The notes beneath the pieces are model-generated. The model ran no database searches. It was not told the DNA's origin and worked only from the letters and a program-made list of their open reading frames with translations. The translations under genes were made by a program, and so were the position numbers. From assembly GCA_046563655.1 (NCBI GenBank), contig CM102287.1, forward strand, positions 6,386,001-6,450,000: 64,000 nt of DNA, in the 5' to 3' direction. How positions within the stretch are numbered: the first letter of the stretch is position 1; each line of letters opens with the position of its first letter. The DNA is from Yuukianura sp. NJ FZ-2021. Lineage: Eukaryota. Positions 42,462 to 54,210 of the stretch are shown piece after piece.

Positions 42462-45400
42462 ATGGCACCCAATCGAAGACGTAACGACAACCATCAACAA
42501 CACAATGGTCACCACCACAATGGACACGGCGTAGGTGGTAGTTCCAGGTAAGGTATTTTGTCTTCATTCTGTTCACAATGTACAAATAAGACATCTTGTC
42601 CCCAGCCTGGATATTGGTTCTGTACCAAAATTTTTGACAGTACTTAGTAATTCTCTCCATTATTTTTGTTTTTGCCAAACTTCTTTTATCGACGTACCGC
42701 CAAGGTCACGTATACCGGCCGGTGTTATCTTGGTGCAGCTTAACTTCCCTTGTATTTCTCAATCCAAGCGCAGACAATCTCACTATAAGTACTAACCGCA
42801 CCAAACTTTTTTTTAGTATGTAAACAATTACGGTTTCAATGTCATTTTTTTCTCGTTTTGGAGAGACGCTACGACGCATTTACTATTGATATTTTCTCGA
42901 AGATGCGAAGCAGACAAGAGACAAGGTCAACCTTGTCAAGAACGCTGCAACACATATTACATATTCACGTTTATCATAAAAATAGACAATTTTGGACGAA
43001 TTGATTATTGATTCTACTCTATTGCATACAAATGAAGGGAAGAGTAAATTGATTTGAAAATTAACAAATATTTACTTTATTGTAGGCCGATGACATGCTG
43101 TGTCCCAAAAGATTGTGTGGATCCTGGTAAATTAATCTACCGCGAAGATATAGGGACGTCGGACATAGAAGTCATCAAAGTAATTTGTAACAATGATCAC
43201 TGCGACCAAGGGGAGTACATGCACCGGGAGTGCTTTGAGATATGGGAACAAACTGTGTTGACCTATCTCAAATCTTGCGGAAGAGCTCGATCCTGGTCGG
43301 AAAAGCAGAGACTCCAGAATCTTTGGACGAAACGAGGCTATGACCTAGCTTTCAAGGCTTGTAGCTGCAAATGTGGCAAAGGTCATTTGAGGAAAGATTT
43401 GGACTGGGTTCCACCACCACGAACTGTTCCGATTGCCATTCCGGGGGCAAGAGACGTGAACCCAGATAATAACAACGGTCAAGAAGTAGCGAACGTTGTT
43501 GCTGTTCCGGCAGCTCCAGCTTCCGATGCTGCCAAGAAAAAGAAGAAGACGAAGACCAAGGAACCGAAACCAACACTGGCAGTATCAGCTCCTGTTCCAC
43601 ATCCAAACAATAATCATGCTACTACTCAACAGCATCAACAGCCCAGGGGTAGCGTGGACAGCGGAAACGGATCGGTGTCATCGTCATCTGTACCCAAGTC
43701 TTCTGGTAGTCATGCTCCAGCATTCGGAAGTCTTGGATCCAGTTCCAGCGGAAGCTTTGATCTAGTTTCATCGTTACCTAGTTGCACCATTGTAAGTTTA
43801 ATTCTACTTGGATAAGTGCCAAATCCTGTGCATTTTATTTGTTTGTTTACCAGTAAGATGTGCTCAGGGTTCTGTATCATGCTTTGTTTTGTTTTTTGTA
43901 GATAACTCGCCCTAGGATGAACAGTGTTTCTTCGAATGGGTCATCCGGGTCATCGGGATCATCAGGCGGATCTCCGCCTTCGCCTGAAGCACAGTTTAGT
44001 GCTCAAATGAGCATGATCCACACGGCGCAGAATATTTTCAAGTTCCAGCGAAAAAACTCGAGGGGAATTGAAATTCCGGACAGAATTCGGTAAAATATTT
44101 ATTTTTAGTGATTCACTTCAATTTAGGTGTTACCGTATTTCCTTCCTTATAATGCGCATGAATTGGCATCTAAATTGGTTATCCTAACAATTTGAGGTGG
44201 AGTTTAAATTTAATATGTTCCCAGACAATTTATGCATGCATGATTTTACACAAATCTTCCATTTTCATAATTAAGGTAATTTAAAAACAAATTTTTTTTA
44301 ATGCAACATATGCTATAAGCGTAGAAATACGGTAGGAACAAATATTATAAAAGAAGATACCAGAGAAGACGGGATTTGAAACAGGCCTTTGATTTAACTG
44401 TCATATCATAATCATCCTATATTTTTTGGAACAATAAGCGTAGAAATACGGTAGGAACAAATATTGTTTTTTGTTTAATTGCAGTCGAGACTCGGGGAAT
44501 GGAGGCCTGTTTACACGCCGAGTGGATTTCAGCTCTTTCAACAAACTCCCTAGGCATAAACTCAATTCCTACCATATCAAGGTCAGTCTTTGCTTTGGTT
44601 TATTTTTAAATTACAAATGTCTTCTGCAGTCTTTGATTTCTTCGAAATCTACCACATTATTTACTAAACCACTGTGACTCATTACCACCATATATGAACC
44701 ATTTTTTCGCATGCAGTTTTGGTTTTAGAAACTTAAACTTTCATAGAAAAGGAAACCTTACAAAGTTAGAATTTACTGAGTTTGGTACTAACGAGTACTT
44801 CGCACTTCCACTTTCTTCTACTTGTAAATAGATTGGTTGGGTTGAACTTAATTTTATCAGCTACTTTTCGAGTTTTCAAGCATCTTTGTCTTCCATATTT
44901 ATCAAAAGTACATCCTGCCAGGGAGTCTTGCACCAGAGGCAAATTGTAGGCACACGAATTTGTCCGTAGAATGTGTTTTTTTTTTGGTTTGTGGGAGGGT
45001 TATGTACGGTTGGGAGGTTTCTCAATAAATTACGTTAGAGTGCATTTTGTGCGGTTTTGTTGCAGTACTTTCCAAGCATTTTGGGAAGATCATGTTAAAA
45101 TTGGACGGAGAGAATTTAAGCTTTATCGTTGTATTGAATTCTCTTAGCGAACTTAATTTAAAATTCCAAAAATACACCCAATAAATTTCATGCTTTCACT
45201 TTGAGATTCCTATACATGGAATTCCAGTTCTCTGGAAAACTAAAATGTAACGGCCTGCTGAACTAAAGTTTGTTGTAATAAGCTAAATGATTACTACATA
45301 ACGACTTTTAGTCAAAAGATATTTTTAGAACTATTTTGAAACCAATTGCATCTTTGCATCTTTTGCTCTGCTGTCTCCGTTTTGTCTCTGTACCAGATTC

Positions 45401-48400
45401 CCTATTTAGTGCAAATAGAAACGAGATGTGATGTTGCTGGGCGATGTATTCTTACGGCATGTTGATCATGGTCTAAACTCAGTTCATCTCATTTCTTGCG
45501 AACCAATTTACAGAAAATATGTAATAAAAAGAACTGATTATATGGATTAATTTAAGTACGACATGGAAGAAGTCCATTATGTTGTGTAGGTTACTGCGTA
45601 TTTTCATCGTAAACAGTGATAGCACTCAAGGTCAGCCTCTTGTTTTCACACTCGACTTTGTAAATAAAACCAACAAAGGAGTTTATGTGCTAAAAGTTGG
45701 TTGTAGGCTTTTGTGAAATAATAGAACAGGTTGTGGCTAGGAACTTAAATCGCACCTTTTCATTTAACTTCGAAGTAAACAAAGTATAAAAGTCCCAGAA
45801 AAGATGTTGAACAAAATTCAGGATTTTAAACATGTATATATAATTACTGTTGAATTTTTATATAACTTGTTCTGTACTCTATGTCTGGGTCGTAATCATT
45901 TTAACTTTTTTTTTAATCCGTGGCAGATTTAAAACAGAAGGTTAGTGGCGTAGTTAAACGTTAAACAAAGGCAAGGCTTATTCGGTTTGAAATGAATATT
46001 TGATGGCAAGGGAAAAGTTAAATTCGGTCATAATTCTTGCTCTGTCCAGTTCAATTTTCTTATTCAAAGCCTGCCAGCTTCTGTTTTTTTTTTCATGTTT
46101 CACCATTGTGTGACAAAAGCGTAAATTAGACACTAAATTTTACTAAAATCTGAATTTATATTTTGTAAATGCTTGGCCCCTTTCTTCTCTCTTTTTTTTA
46201 TTACATCATGTTTATGGCCATGCTATTGTTGGTGCATTTACTGCACTTTGACCGCCAAAGTTCAGGAAGGCATTTTTTCCATGCTTGACAACAATTTCTA
46301 TTCCGTTTTACGGTGCACTTTATGCGTTTTAAACAAAGCGTATTAGACTGTTCGCTTCTCGATTTAAAAAAAATTAAAGTCTTTAAAATATTATGGATGC
46401 ATATACTTAACAAACAGCAACACACACTATTATTATATGCTTGCATTCAGCACGAGCAAATTATGTTATGAATTATGCCAATACTAGCAGAGAACATAAA
46501 CTTTATCTTGGCTTGAATTTGTCAATTTTTTTTAGAACCGTTGGGGTACTTTGACTAAAAAATTAATAGTTTGAGTTAATTGTATTTTGGCGCGTGTCAT
46601 CGCCTGGGATCGATTCTGTTGTTGTGAATGACCATTTAGATCCTCATCATCATTATCCGTAGCTTTGGGTTTGAATGTAACTACTGAATATTACAGAGTA
46701 GTGTCAATACCAAATTGTTTGTTGTGTACGTTGAAACAGCAGGAGGCCACATCTGTTTTGAGTTATTAATCGACAAATAGGCATTAAATACCATGTTTCG
46801 GGAATATTGTGTTCCCCCTAGACTCTGTTTTCGGCTTATTTTGGAAACAACCATTGATTTTTTGATCATAGAAAAGTGCATTAATGAATTTCGGTGGGCG
46901 GGCAGTGGGAGAAATTATTTCTGGTTTTGAAGCCCTGTGAGAGTTGACTGCGGTTAATTGCGTGAAATGCTCGAGAATTGTGTACTAATGTTGTTTTGTT
47001 TACTTTGATTCAAGCCAAGGACGAGGACTGTTGCAACAAGCCTGTTTTCTAAAAATATTCCTATTTTTCAGAAACATTCTTGTTTTGAGAAATGAATTTG
47101 ACAGTAAAGGTGTGATACGATGAAACCAGGACATGATTTGGAAGGAATTTGAAAAACAATGCAAAAATGTCAGTGAAGGGGATGCGAGGCGAAAAGTCTG
47201 GGAAATGCTCGTCAACTCCTGTGCTTATCCCCGCTGATTCTGGATGCCTTTGGTGAAAGACGGGGAAAAAGCAAGGGCAGGCCGCACAACTATTGATTTT
47301 CGGGGCCTTGTTTTGTATTTTTTCGGTGCTGGGAAAGTTCGTTGGTGAAGCCTCCTGCTAAAGTTACACTTCCAAGTTCTCCCTTCCATGCTGCTGACAT
47401 TGAAATCGATTTTGGTAGGGTGGAAAGTGATGCAGGCTTTGCTATGTACTGTTGGCTAGGTCAGGGTTTCCATTTCAAATGCACTGGGGAGTGCAACTGC
47501 CAACTTATGACGGCAGGAAGACTCGCTTGCCTTTTATAATTGGCAGATTCAATCTAGGCAGAGCCAACTTGCTTGTTTGAATTCAAAATGCCTCAGTAAT
47601 ATTATAGAACATACGTTCTCTAAAAGTTCTGCTTTCTTTTTTCAATTTTTTGTTCTAAACATCAGTTAAGGAGGCGGCGGATGGAAGGCGGATATCCGTT
47701 GACGCTGGGAAAAGTTTATGACTGGAAGGAGGGTTTACATTTTGATGTTACCATAGAATAGCATAGGAAGTAGTTTCCTGACTTTGCCTAGCACCATTTC
47801 CCAGGCCTGCAGTATTTTGGTATATTTTTGAGAAGGATGTTGCTGATGGTGTACTGGAAGTTTACAGAATTTGATGAATTAGGCGTAAATGGAAGGGCGA
47901 GATACATGATTTGAAGTATGATAAAAATAAAGTGGATAGGTCAGAAGGGAGACTAAAAAGTTACTACAGGAGGGGTTGTAGTATGTTTTCAAGACTTAAA
48001 AAAGTAGATACTACTGACAGACGTTCTCGTTGGCCTTGCCCTAGACCATGGTTAGGGCTGATTTCGAGTTTTGAGTTAAGCATCTCTATCTCTAAGCATC
48101 GAAGAGTTTTTTCTGCAGATAGAAAATAACTTTTTGGGAGAGACATTCTGAAAATTTATGATAGCAAAACTTCAACAAAATTATTTTACCTTAGTAAATT
48201 CAAAATAAGAGGAAAGTTTCCGAGTAAGTAAGTATGACTCAGAGATTTGTAGCTCCGTTTCGGATCTCAGGAGAAAAACTAAATGAAAATGAAGATTAAA
48301 AACTTGGTGAAAGCTAACATTAATTACTATAAATCTCTTGTTAGCAGAAAAGATTTTTTTTTCATTCTTCACAAGCATCTTAAGGTCTAAGAAACCGGGT

Positions 48401-51400
48401 ATTCTAAAATCCCACCTTTTAGATTCTTTGTTAGCTTTATTTTTTAATCCCGGATGATGAGATACGAAAAAAAGTTGATCTGAAACTAATGATGATGAAA
48501 ATATCTGTGAGTCGATACGAGATGAAAGAGTTGTCTTTCTTTTCATTTCTTTTCGTCTTTTTTTCACAAAAGCGCAACGGGCAATTCCACCTGTCGGAGC
48601 CTTAGCTGCTTAGCTACTGAATTTTTTATCGTGGCAACGGAGATTTCATATCTTCAGATTCTGAGGTCTAGGGAAATACTTTGACTTTCTAGGAAAAGTA
48701 TGAGCAGAAGCTTTCTTTTGTTATAACGGAATATGTAATGCTTTTGCCATTTTTTTGGAGAAATTATAGCTGAGATCATTGTACCTTAGATATTCTTGTC
48801 GCTTTCATCATTCGTTCAGACGTTGCACACGTTTTATCCTGTCTCCCTTCTCCTTTTACCTATTAACCACAAGCTTTCACCAAGGTATCCATGTTCAAAA
48901 GTGAAAGTTATTTTGAGCTGCTCTGCAGGTGGAATCTACATTTTATGAATCAAATTCAGGAGAAAGTTGGAAGGAAATCATACGAAATTACTTTACTTGT
49001 TCTTCATCGCCTCGTGTGCACTTTTGTTTGCTAAATTTTGCGAAATTGGCTCAATTATGAGCTTGGGCTTCGAAGAAAAGAGGTGGCACTTGCTTCCAAT
49101 TTGTACTTTTTATAGTATCTGAAACTTAATACTACATAAGTTCGGTTTCCGGTGTTTCTAAGAAATCATAATTGAAATGTCACTTGACTTTCTCCTTTCT
49201 TCTAGTTGTAGAAGAGGCAAACTTCTGCTAACTGGTGATTATTGGCCATTATTGGCTTCCTTTTTATGAAAATAGACTGTTGTTATCGGTTGTGACATTG
49301 TTTTTTAGTTGATTTTTGATATAACCTATTGCAGAAGAGGAAGCTAAGGAAAGATCAGGTATAGCGTTGCGTAGCAACTTATCGACTAAGTCCTTCCTTT
49401 CGTGTCCTCTCCAACTTTGGTGTCAAATCATCACCTACGCTTTCCTTTCCTTCCGGAGTTCAGGTTTGAAGTGAGCTTAAGACACATTTTAGGAGAAAGT
49501 ACCTACTAGAGAAAGCTCTTCCTTCTTGGTTCCCAGGAGACGTCCTAACTGGGGCTACTTTACAAAAATCGAACTCAAAATGTTCTAAAACCCAAACTAA
49601 AACTCAAACCTAATTATGCCAAAATTTTACTTGGAGGTGGAGATTTCGTGTTCTTCGTTTCTTTTAGGTAACCATTAAGTGTTTCCTGTGAGAGTTTAGT
49701 GAAAAAATTCAACTAAAAATGGAACTTCATTTTGAACAGTCAACTTTTTTCTATCTTGTAGAAACCGTTCCGGAAATAAGTTTCACACTAGGTTTTGGTT
49801 TTGTGTTTTGCAGATGGAAGACGAGACACATGGAAACGATGACACTAGGAACTTCATTTTGACCACTTTGATGACTGCCAAAGTGAGTCGCGTTTCCTGC
49901 ATACTATGCTCCGGGAACCTGGTTATCTTCGATCGCTACCCCTTGATTGATGGAACGTTCTTCCTCAGTCCGAGACAGCATTCGCTGAATTCAGTGGAGG
50001 TAAGTGAAAGCGTTATCAACTACCTTTCACTCTAAACTTGACATTTCTTTGGTTAGAAGAGGGGTGGATGGTGTTGAGCCCGGGAATAGTTTGAGTATGG
50101 GGAAGTAAAACTGAAGAAGTTAATCGATGGTGCACTTTTCTCAAACTAATCTCTAGTGTTTCCATTTCCCGGGTAATTTTAGTGGAACCCGGCCAAGTAG
50201 CTGTGTTTACTCAATTGACACGATAGTTTCAATTTTCCTGAAAGTAACGCCGTCTTACGCAGCATTTAGAGCTACAGTTTTAAAAAGTTAAATTTTGAAT
50301 TGTACTACCCGTGTTTCACATAATTTTTTTCCATAAACTTTGACCTTCGGCAATTCCAATTGGAAAGTTAAACGCTTCACCGAATTAAAAAATGAGCGGG
50401 AAAGTTCATATTTTGACTCCAGTGTATTTCTGGAACAATTTTTTAAAAGGAGCGCTGGGTTATGGCTGTGAATTTGGGGCCGAATTTAATGAGCCGCCTT
50501 AAGAATTGGAACTGGTTAAAGCATTTAGGTTAGGTTTCCACCTTGGTCAGGTTAGTTTTCTTTTGAGTGGTTTTGATTATTCCACCTGAGTTTTGGTATC
50601 CATGAGTGGGCATATTAATCTTACTTCTTGGAAGTTGGAGTGTTTGTAGTTTTGGTCATGTTTTCAACAGACATTTACGGTTACAAAGGGCTCTTCTGGA
50701 AATGGATTCGGAGAGTGCGTGAGTTGCATAGGAATTTTCATGGAGGCTATCCAAACACGGTGGTTTTTACACAAGATCACTTTGGACTTGGAAATCTCAC
50801 CTCCTTCGCCATTGAATTACAAATGAGGGTTTGTGAATTGTAAAAGCCAAGTGCCTTTTGGAATGCTTCTGGTGAGTAGGTGGAAAATTAGGAGAGAGTA
50901 TGTGAGGAGACTTGCAATTTAAGTTTTAAGTTTAAGGTTAATCCTAAATTACCCGGTTTAAGAATTTGGCATTTTTGGGTCTGTTATCCATCGAAAATGC
51001 ATCCGTTATCAGAGGCTCTTAAAAGAAAACCAAGCCATGGTGTTAGTAAAAAAAAAACGGGTTGGGGTAAGGATAAATTGTAGCCGTTGTGACCACCAAC
51101 GCCATATCTGTAACCACCCAGTGGCTACAGTAGGTGGTTACACCAGGCAGTCCCATTAATGATCGCAGGGAAGGTTTGACATGTAAAAATCTCATTGCAT
51201 GCATTGGGCGGTTACAAACATGGCATCGGTTACAATGGTTACAATTGAGCCTTAAAAACGTATTAAAATAGGAACCCCTCCTACGTATCCCTGATCCCTA
51301 TGGTTAGTTTTAGTTTTATTGTTGATGTTCCATTGTGCAGAAACAGTGAGTGGCATCTCACAATGGAATTGATGGGTTGATGGGTACAGGGCAATGACAA

Positions 51401-54210
51401 GTCAGATCAAAAACGGTCTTTTCTGTTGAGGTCAGGTCAACTTCATGCGGAAAAACAAGTCAGCAGATTGGGTGTTGCAGTTGTTTGTGTAACATTGCGA
51501 GCTGATGCCATGCATATTCGGTAATCCTGTGTCTGGTTGATAACGCTGAAAAAGTTTAGGTTTCAAAAATATACAATGTTTGGGAGTTTATGATGAGATG
51601 AGGATTGAATTCTTCCATTTGGAAGGGAAAGAAGGCTTTGTATTTTTGGTAGGATCCACTTTAGAAGTTGTATTTAAGTGGGGAGAGGCAGATGATGCTG
51701 GTGATGCTAGGGGCTATCCCGAGATGCAGAAGTAGGGAAACAGAATGTGAATTCATGTGGGGTATGGAGTAAACTAAAGTACAAGTACTAAGAATGGACT
51801 GTTCCGTGTTGTTAATGGAATCGTTAGTTAATTTACTTTAAAATGGAAAGTCTGTCTACATGGAAGAGTAACGAGAAAAAAATACTCTGGGGTGATGGAG
51901 ATGAATTTTGGAGTGATCACGAGAGAATTTTTGGAAATGGCAGATGAGAGATGAAATTCTATTTATAAACTGGATCGACTTTTGCATAAATCATGCTGGC
52001 GCATACTTATATTAAAAAAAAAGTATGGGGATTTTGAAGTGGAACAATTTGGGTTTAGTTTGAAAGGTTTTGGAGTGGACGATCACGATGTTCAGAATTT
52101 CTTAAGGTTTGAGGATTTATGAATTGACAATAAAAATTCGGATAAAGAGCACTCCAATCTTGGCAATAATGCTGATCCGCATCACTGCATCGTTCGTACT
52201 CACAGCGTAGGGGTAACTGTGTTGGAATTTTGCAAAATGGAGTTAATTTTGACATGCTGTGCTGTTGCTTAGCAAGATTCGCAAATCGCGACCTCCTTCC
52301 GATGAAAAGAAGGAACTGTGTGCGAGAATTTGGCAAATTCGTTGTTCCAAAAAAAAGTTTCGCAAAAATATGCCAGAAAAATTTAGTAGTGTAAACAACT
52401 CATGTATTATGGTTTTGGTTTTACAACTTTATGAACCCACTGGCGCAGTATGATCCTGAAAGAATTTTTGTTTAGAATTAATTACTTTTAAAAATTCTGG
52501 ACCTCTGAAGATAAATTTTGAATGTGTTTTGTAGATTCTAAATGGAGAAGGAAGAGCACAATTTTTGAGCGCTGTTTGCATGGGATGTTTGGAAGGATGG
52601 AGAAGTATTCTACTCTGTCGCTGCTGTGGGCATCGCTGGGATGGATCTGATCTTGTTTTAGGAACATGCTACACCTACGACATCTTTGCAGCGACGCCGT
52701 GCTGCCAGGAACGACTATGCGTAAGTGTTCCAAATGTGTTTAGTCGAAATTTTTGCAAAGTTGCGCAATAACGTCGTAAATGGATTTGAAAGATGCACAA
52801 ACAGATTATGGAGTGTAGATTTTTTTTTTTTGGCAAATGCAAAACCTGACCAATGCGATCAATTTCGTAGTTGAGGATTTAGGTTTTTATTTTTGGACTT
52901 TCATGGTTACTCTCATGCTCTCATGTTAAGTTTGGTGATTGGAGTTGGAAGTTTGTGGCAAGAGGATTGATTGTTTAAAAATTATACGCATTTATTAGTC
53001 GAATAGCCAACAAGAATTGCTACTCGGTACAAATGTTTTGTACTTGTACTGACCGCAACACTATAGTAGTGGTTGTTCAAATACTTTTTTAAGTTTGTGT
53101 TCCAGAAATTTCTGTTATATAATTTCTTAATCACGCGTTCCTATTTAAATTCCCATATTTATTCTCTCCTAATCTTCCTCTGTGGTTAAACCTTGTTATG
53201 TCCGTGGGATAAAAATGCAATTTGAAGAAAAAATGAGTTTCTAATTTTTGACGGAAGCAGTGGTTGCTTACTGCGCTTTAGGCGCAGTTATAACTTCGTT
53301 AATTTATTTTTAGCGTTGTGGTAATTGTGGATTTAAGGGGTTAATTTCCAGAGAGAGTTTTAACGGAGTGCTGCTATGCTCTTAGGCTTATGCCTTTTAA
53401 CATACTGCTGCGCTAGAAGTTGTGTATACATAGGTTCAAATTAAGCTGAACCAAATTAGAACCGAAACCGTGTGAATTTAGTTAGTTAAATTAAATGTCC
53501 GCTTTGCTTTTGCCTTTTCTATTAAAGGTTTAGAATAGCATTGGGTTCACATTAACAAATGTTACAATTAACGGAAAAGAATGGATTTGGTTGAGGACTG
53601 TTTGTAAACGCGTTATGATAAAAACCAACGGAGTGGAAAGACGAGCATGAGAAGTTTTTGTGTTTGAAAGAAACGTACCAGTTTGTGGGTGAATTCGAAT
53701 TGCAAGCTTAATTCCCAAATTAACGTAATATGTAGAAAACAAAATTTTAATGGCTACCAGGTTCTAGGGTATGACCAGTGGAAGCGTACATGAAATTCAA
53801 GGTTATTTTTTTGAGTTTTAAAATTTTGTTTACGAAAATATAAGAACAGTGTGTCAGAAATGTAAAAAGGGAAAGACATTCTGTTCTGTTTCCAACATTT
53901 TCAGTATGAGTTGAGGCGTTCATTTTTGAATGAAGAGGTTCAATTTGGTTCCATTAGTTGCTCCTGGAACTGTCAATTTTACATTTGCTTTTGTTTTTAA
54001 AAATTGGCTTTTGATTAGCATGACTTTTAACAGGTATTTTTGTTGTTTGGTTTCCAGTGTTCCAACTGCAAAGGGCTACTTATGCGACCGGATCAGCGTC
54101 CGACATTTTTTTCGGAGTACAGTCAGTCTTCGCAGTGTCCGAACTGTCGTCTGGTGGATTACCATCTTGCCAAACGCCTCTCAGAGATTTTTGACAAGGC
54201 CTCTAATTGA
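42462..54210 (+). CDS. hdc: Headcase protein (HECA family), about 533 aa
   Basis: Exons 42462-42547, 43086-43791, 43902-44089, 44485-44581, 49814-49999, 52535-52720 and 54058-54210; total 1602 nt, frame continuous. Starts MAPNRRRN. N-terminal domain CNNDHCDQGEYMHRECFEIWEQTVL...RARSWSEKQRLQNLWTKRGYDLAFKACSCKCGKGHLRKDLDW. C-terminal domain FDRYPLIDGTFFLSP, AVCMGCL, WDGSDLVLGTCYTYDIFAATPCC, CPNCRLVDYH. Confidence 0.96.
44315..44465. repeat. Perfect 32-bp direct repeat flanking an 87-bp spacer in hdc intron 3
   Basis: ATAAGCGTAGAAATACGGTAGGAACAAATATT at 44315-44346 and at 44434-44465. Confidence 0.9.
51068..51254. mobile_element. MITE-like non-autonomous DNA element (about 187 bp) in hdc intron 5
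   Basis: Left arm TAAGGATAAATTGTAGCCGTTGTGACCACCAACGCCATATCTGTAACCACCCAGTG aligns with the reverse complement of the right arm, TAAGGCTCAATTGTAACCATTGTAACCGATGCCATGTTTGTAACCGCCCAATG. TA lies at both ends, TGTAACC/GGTTACA sub-repeats are internal, and there is no coding capacity. Confidence 0.75.
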
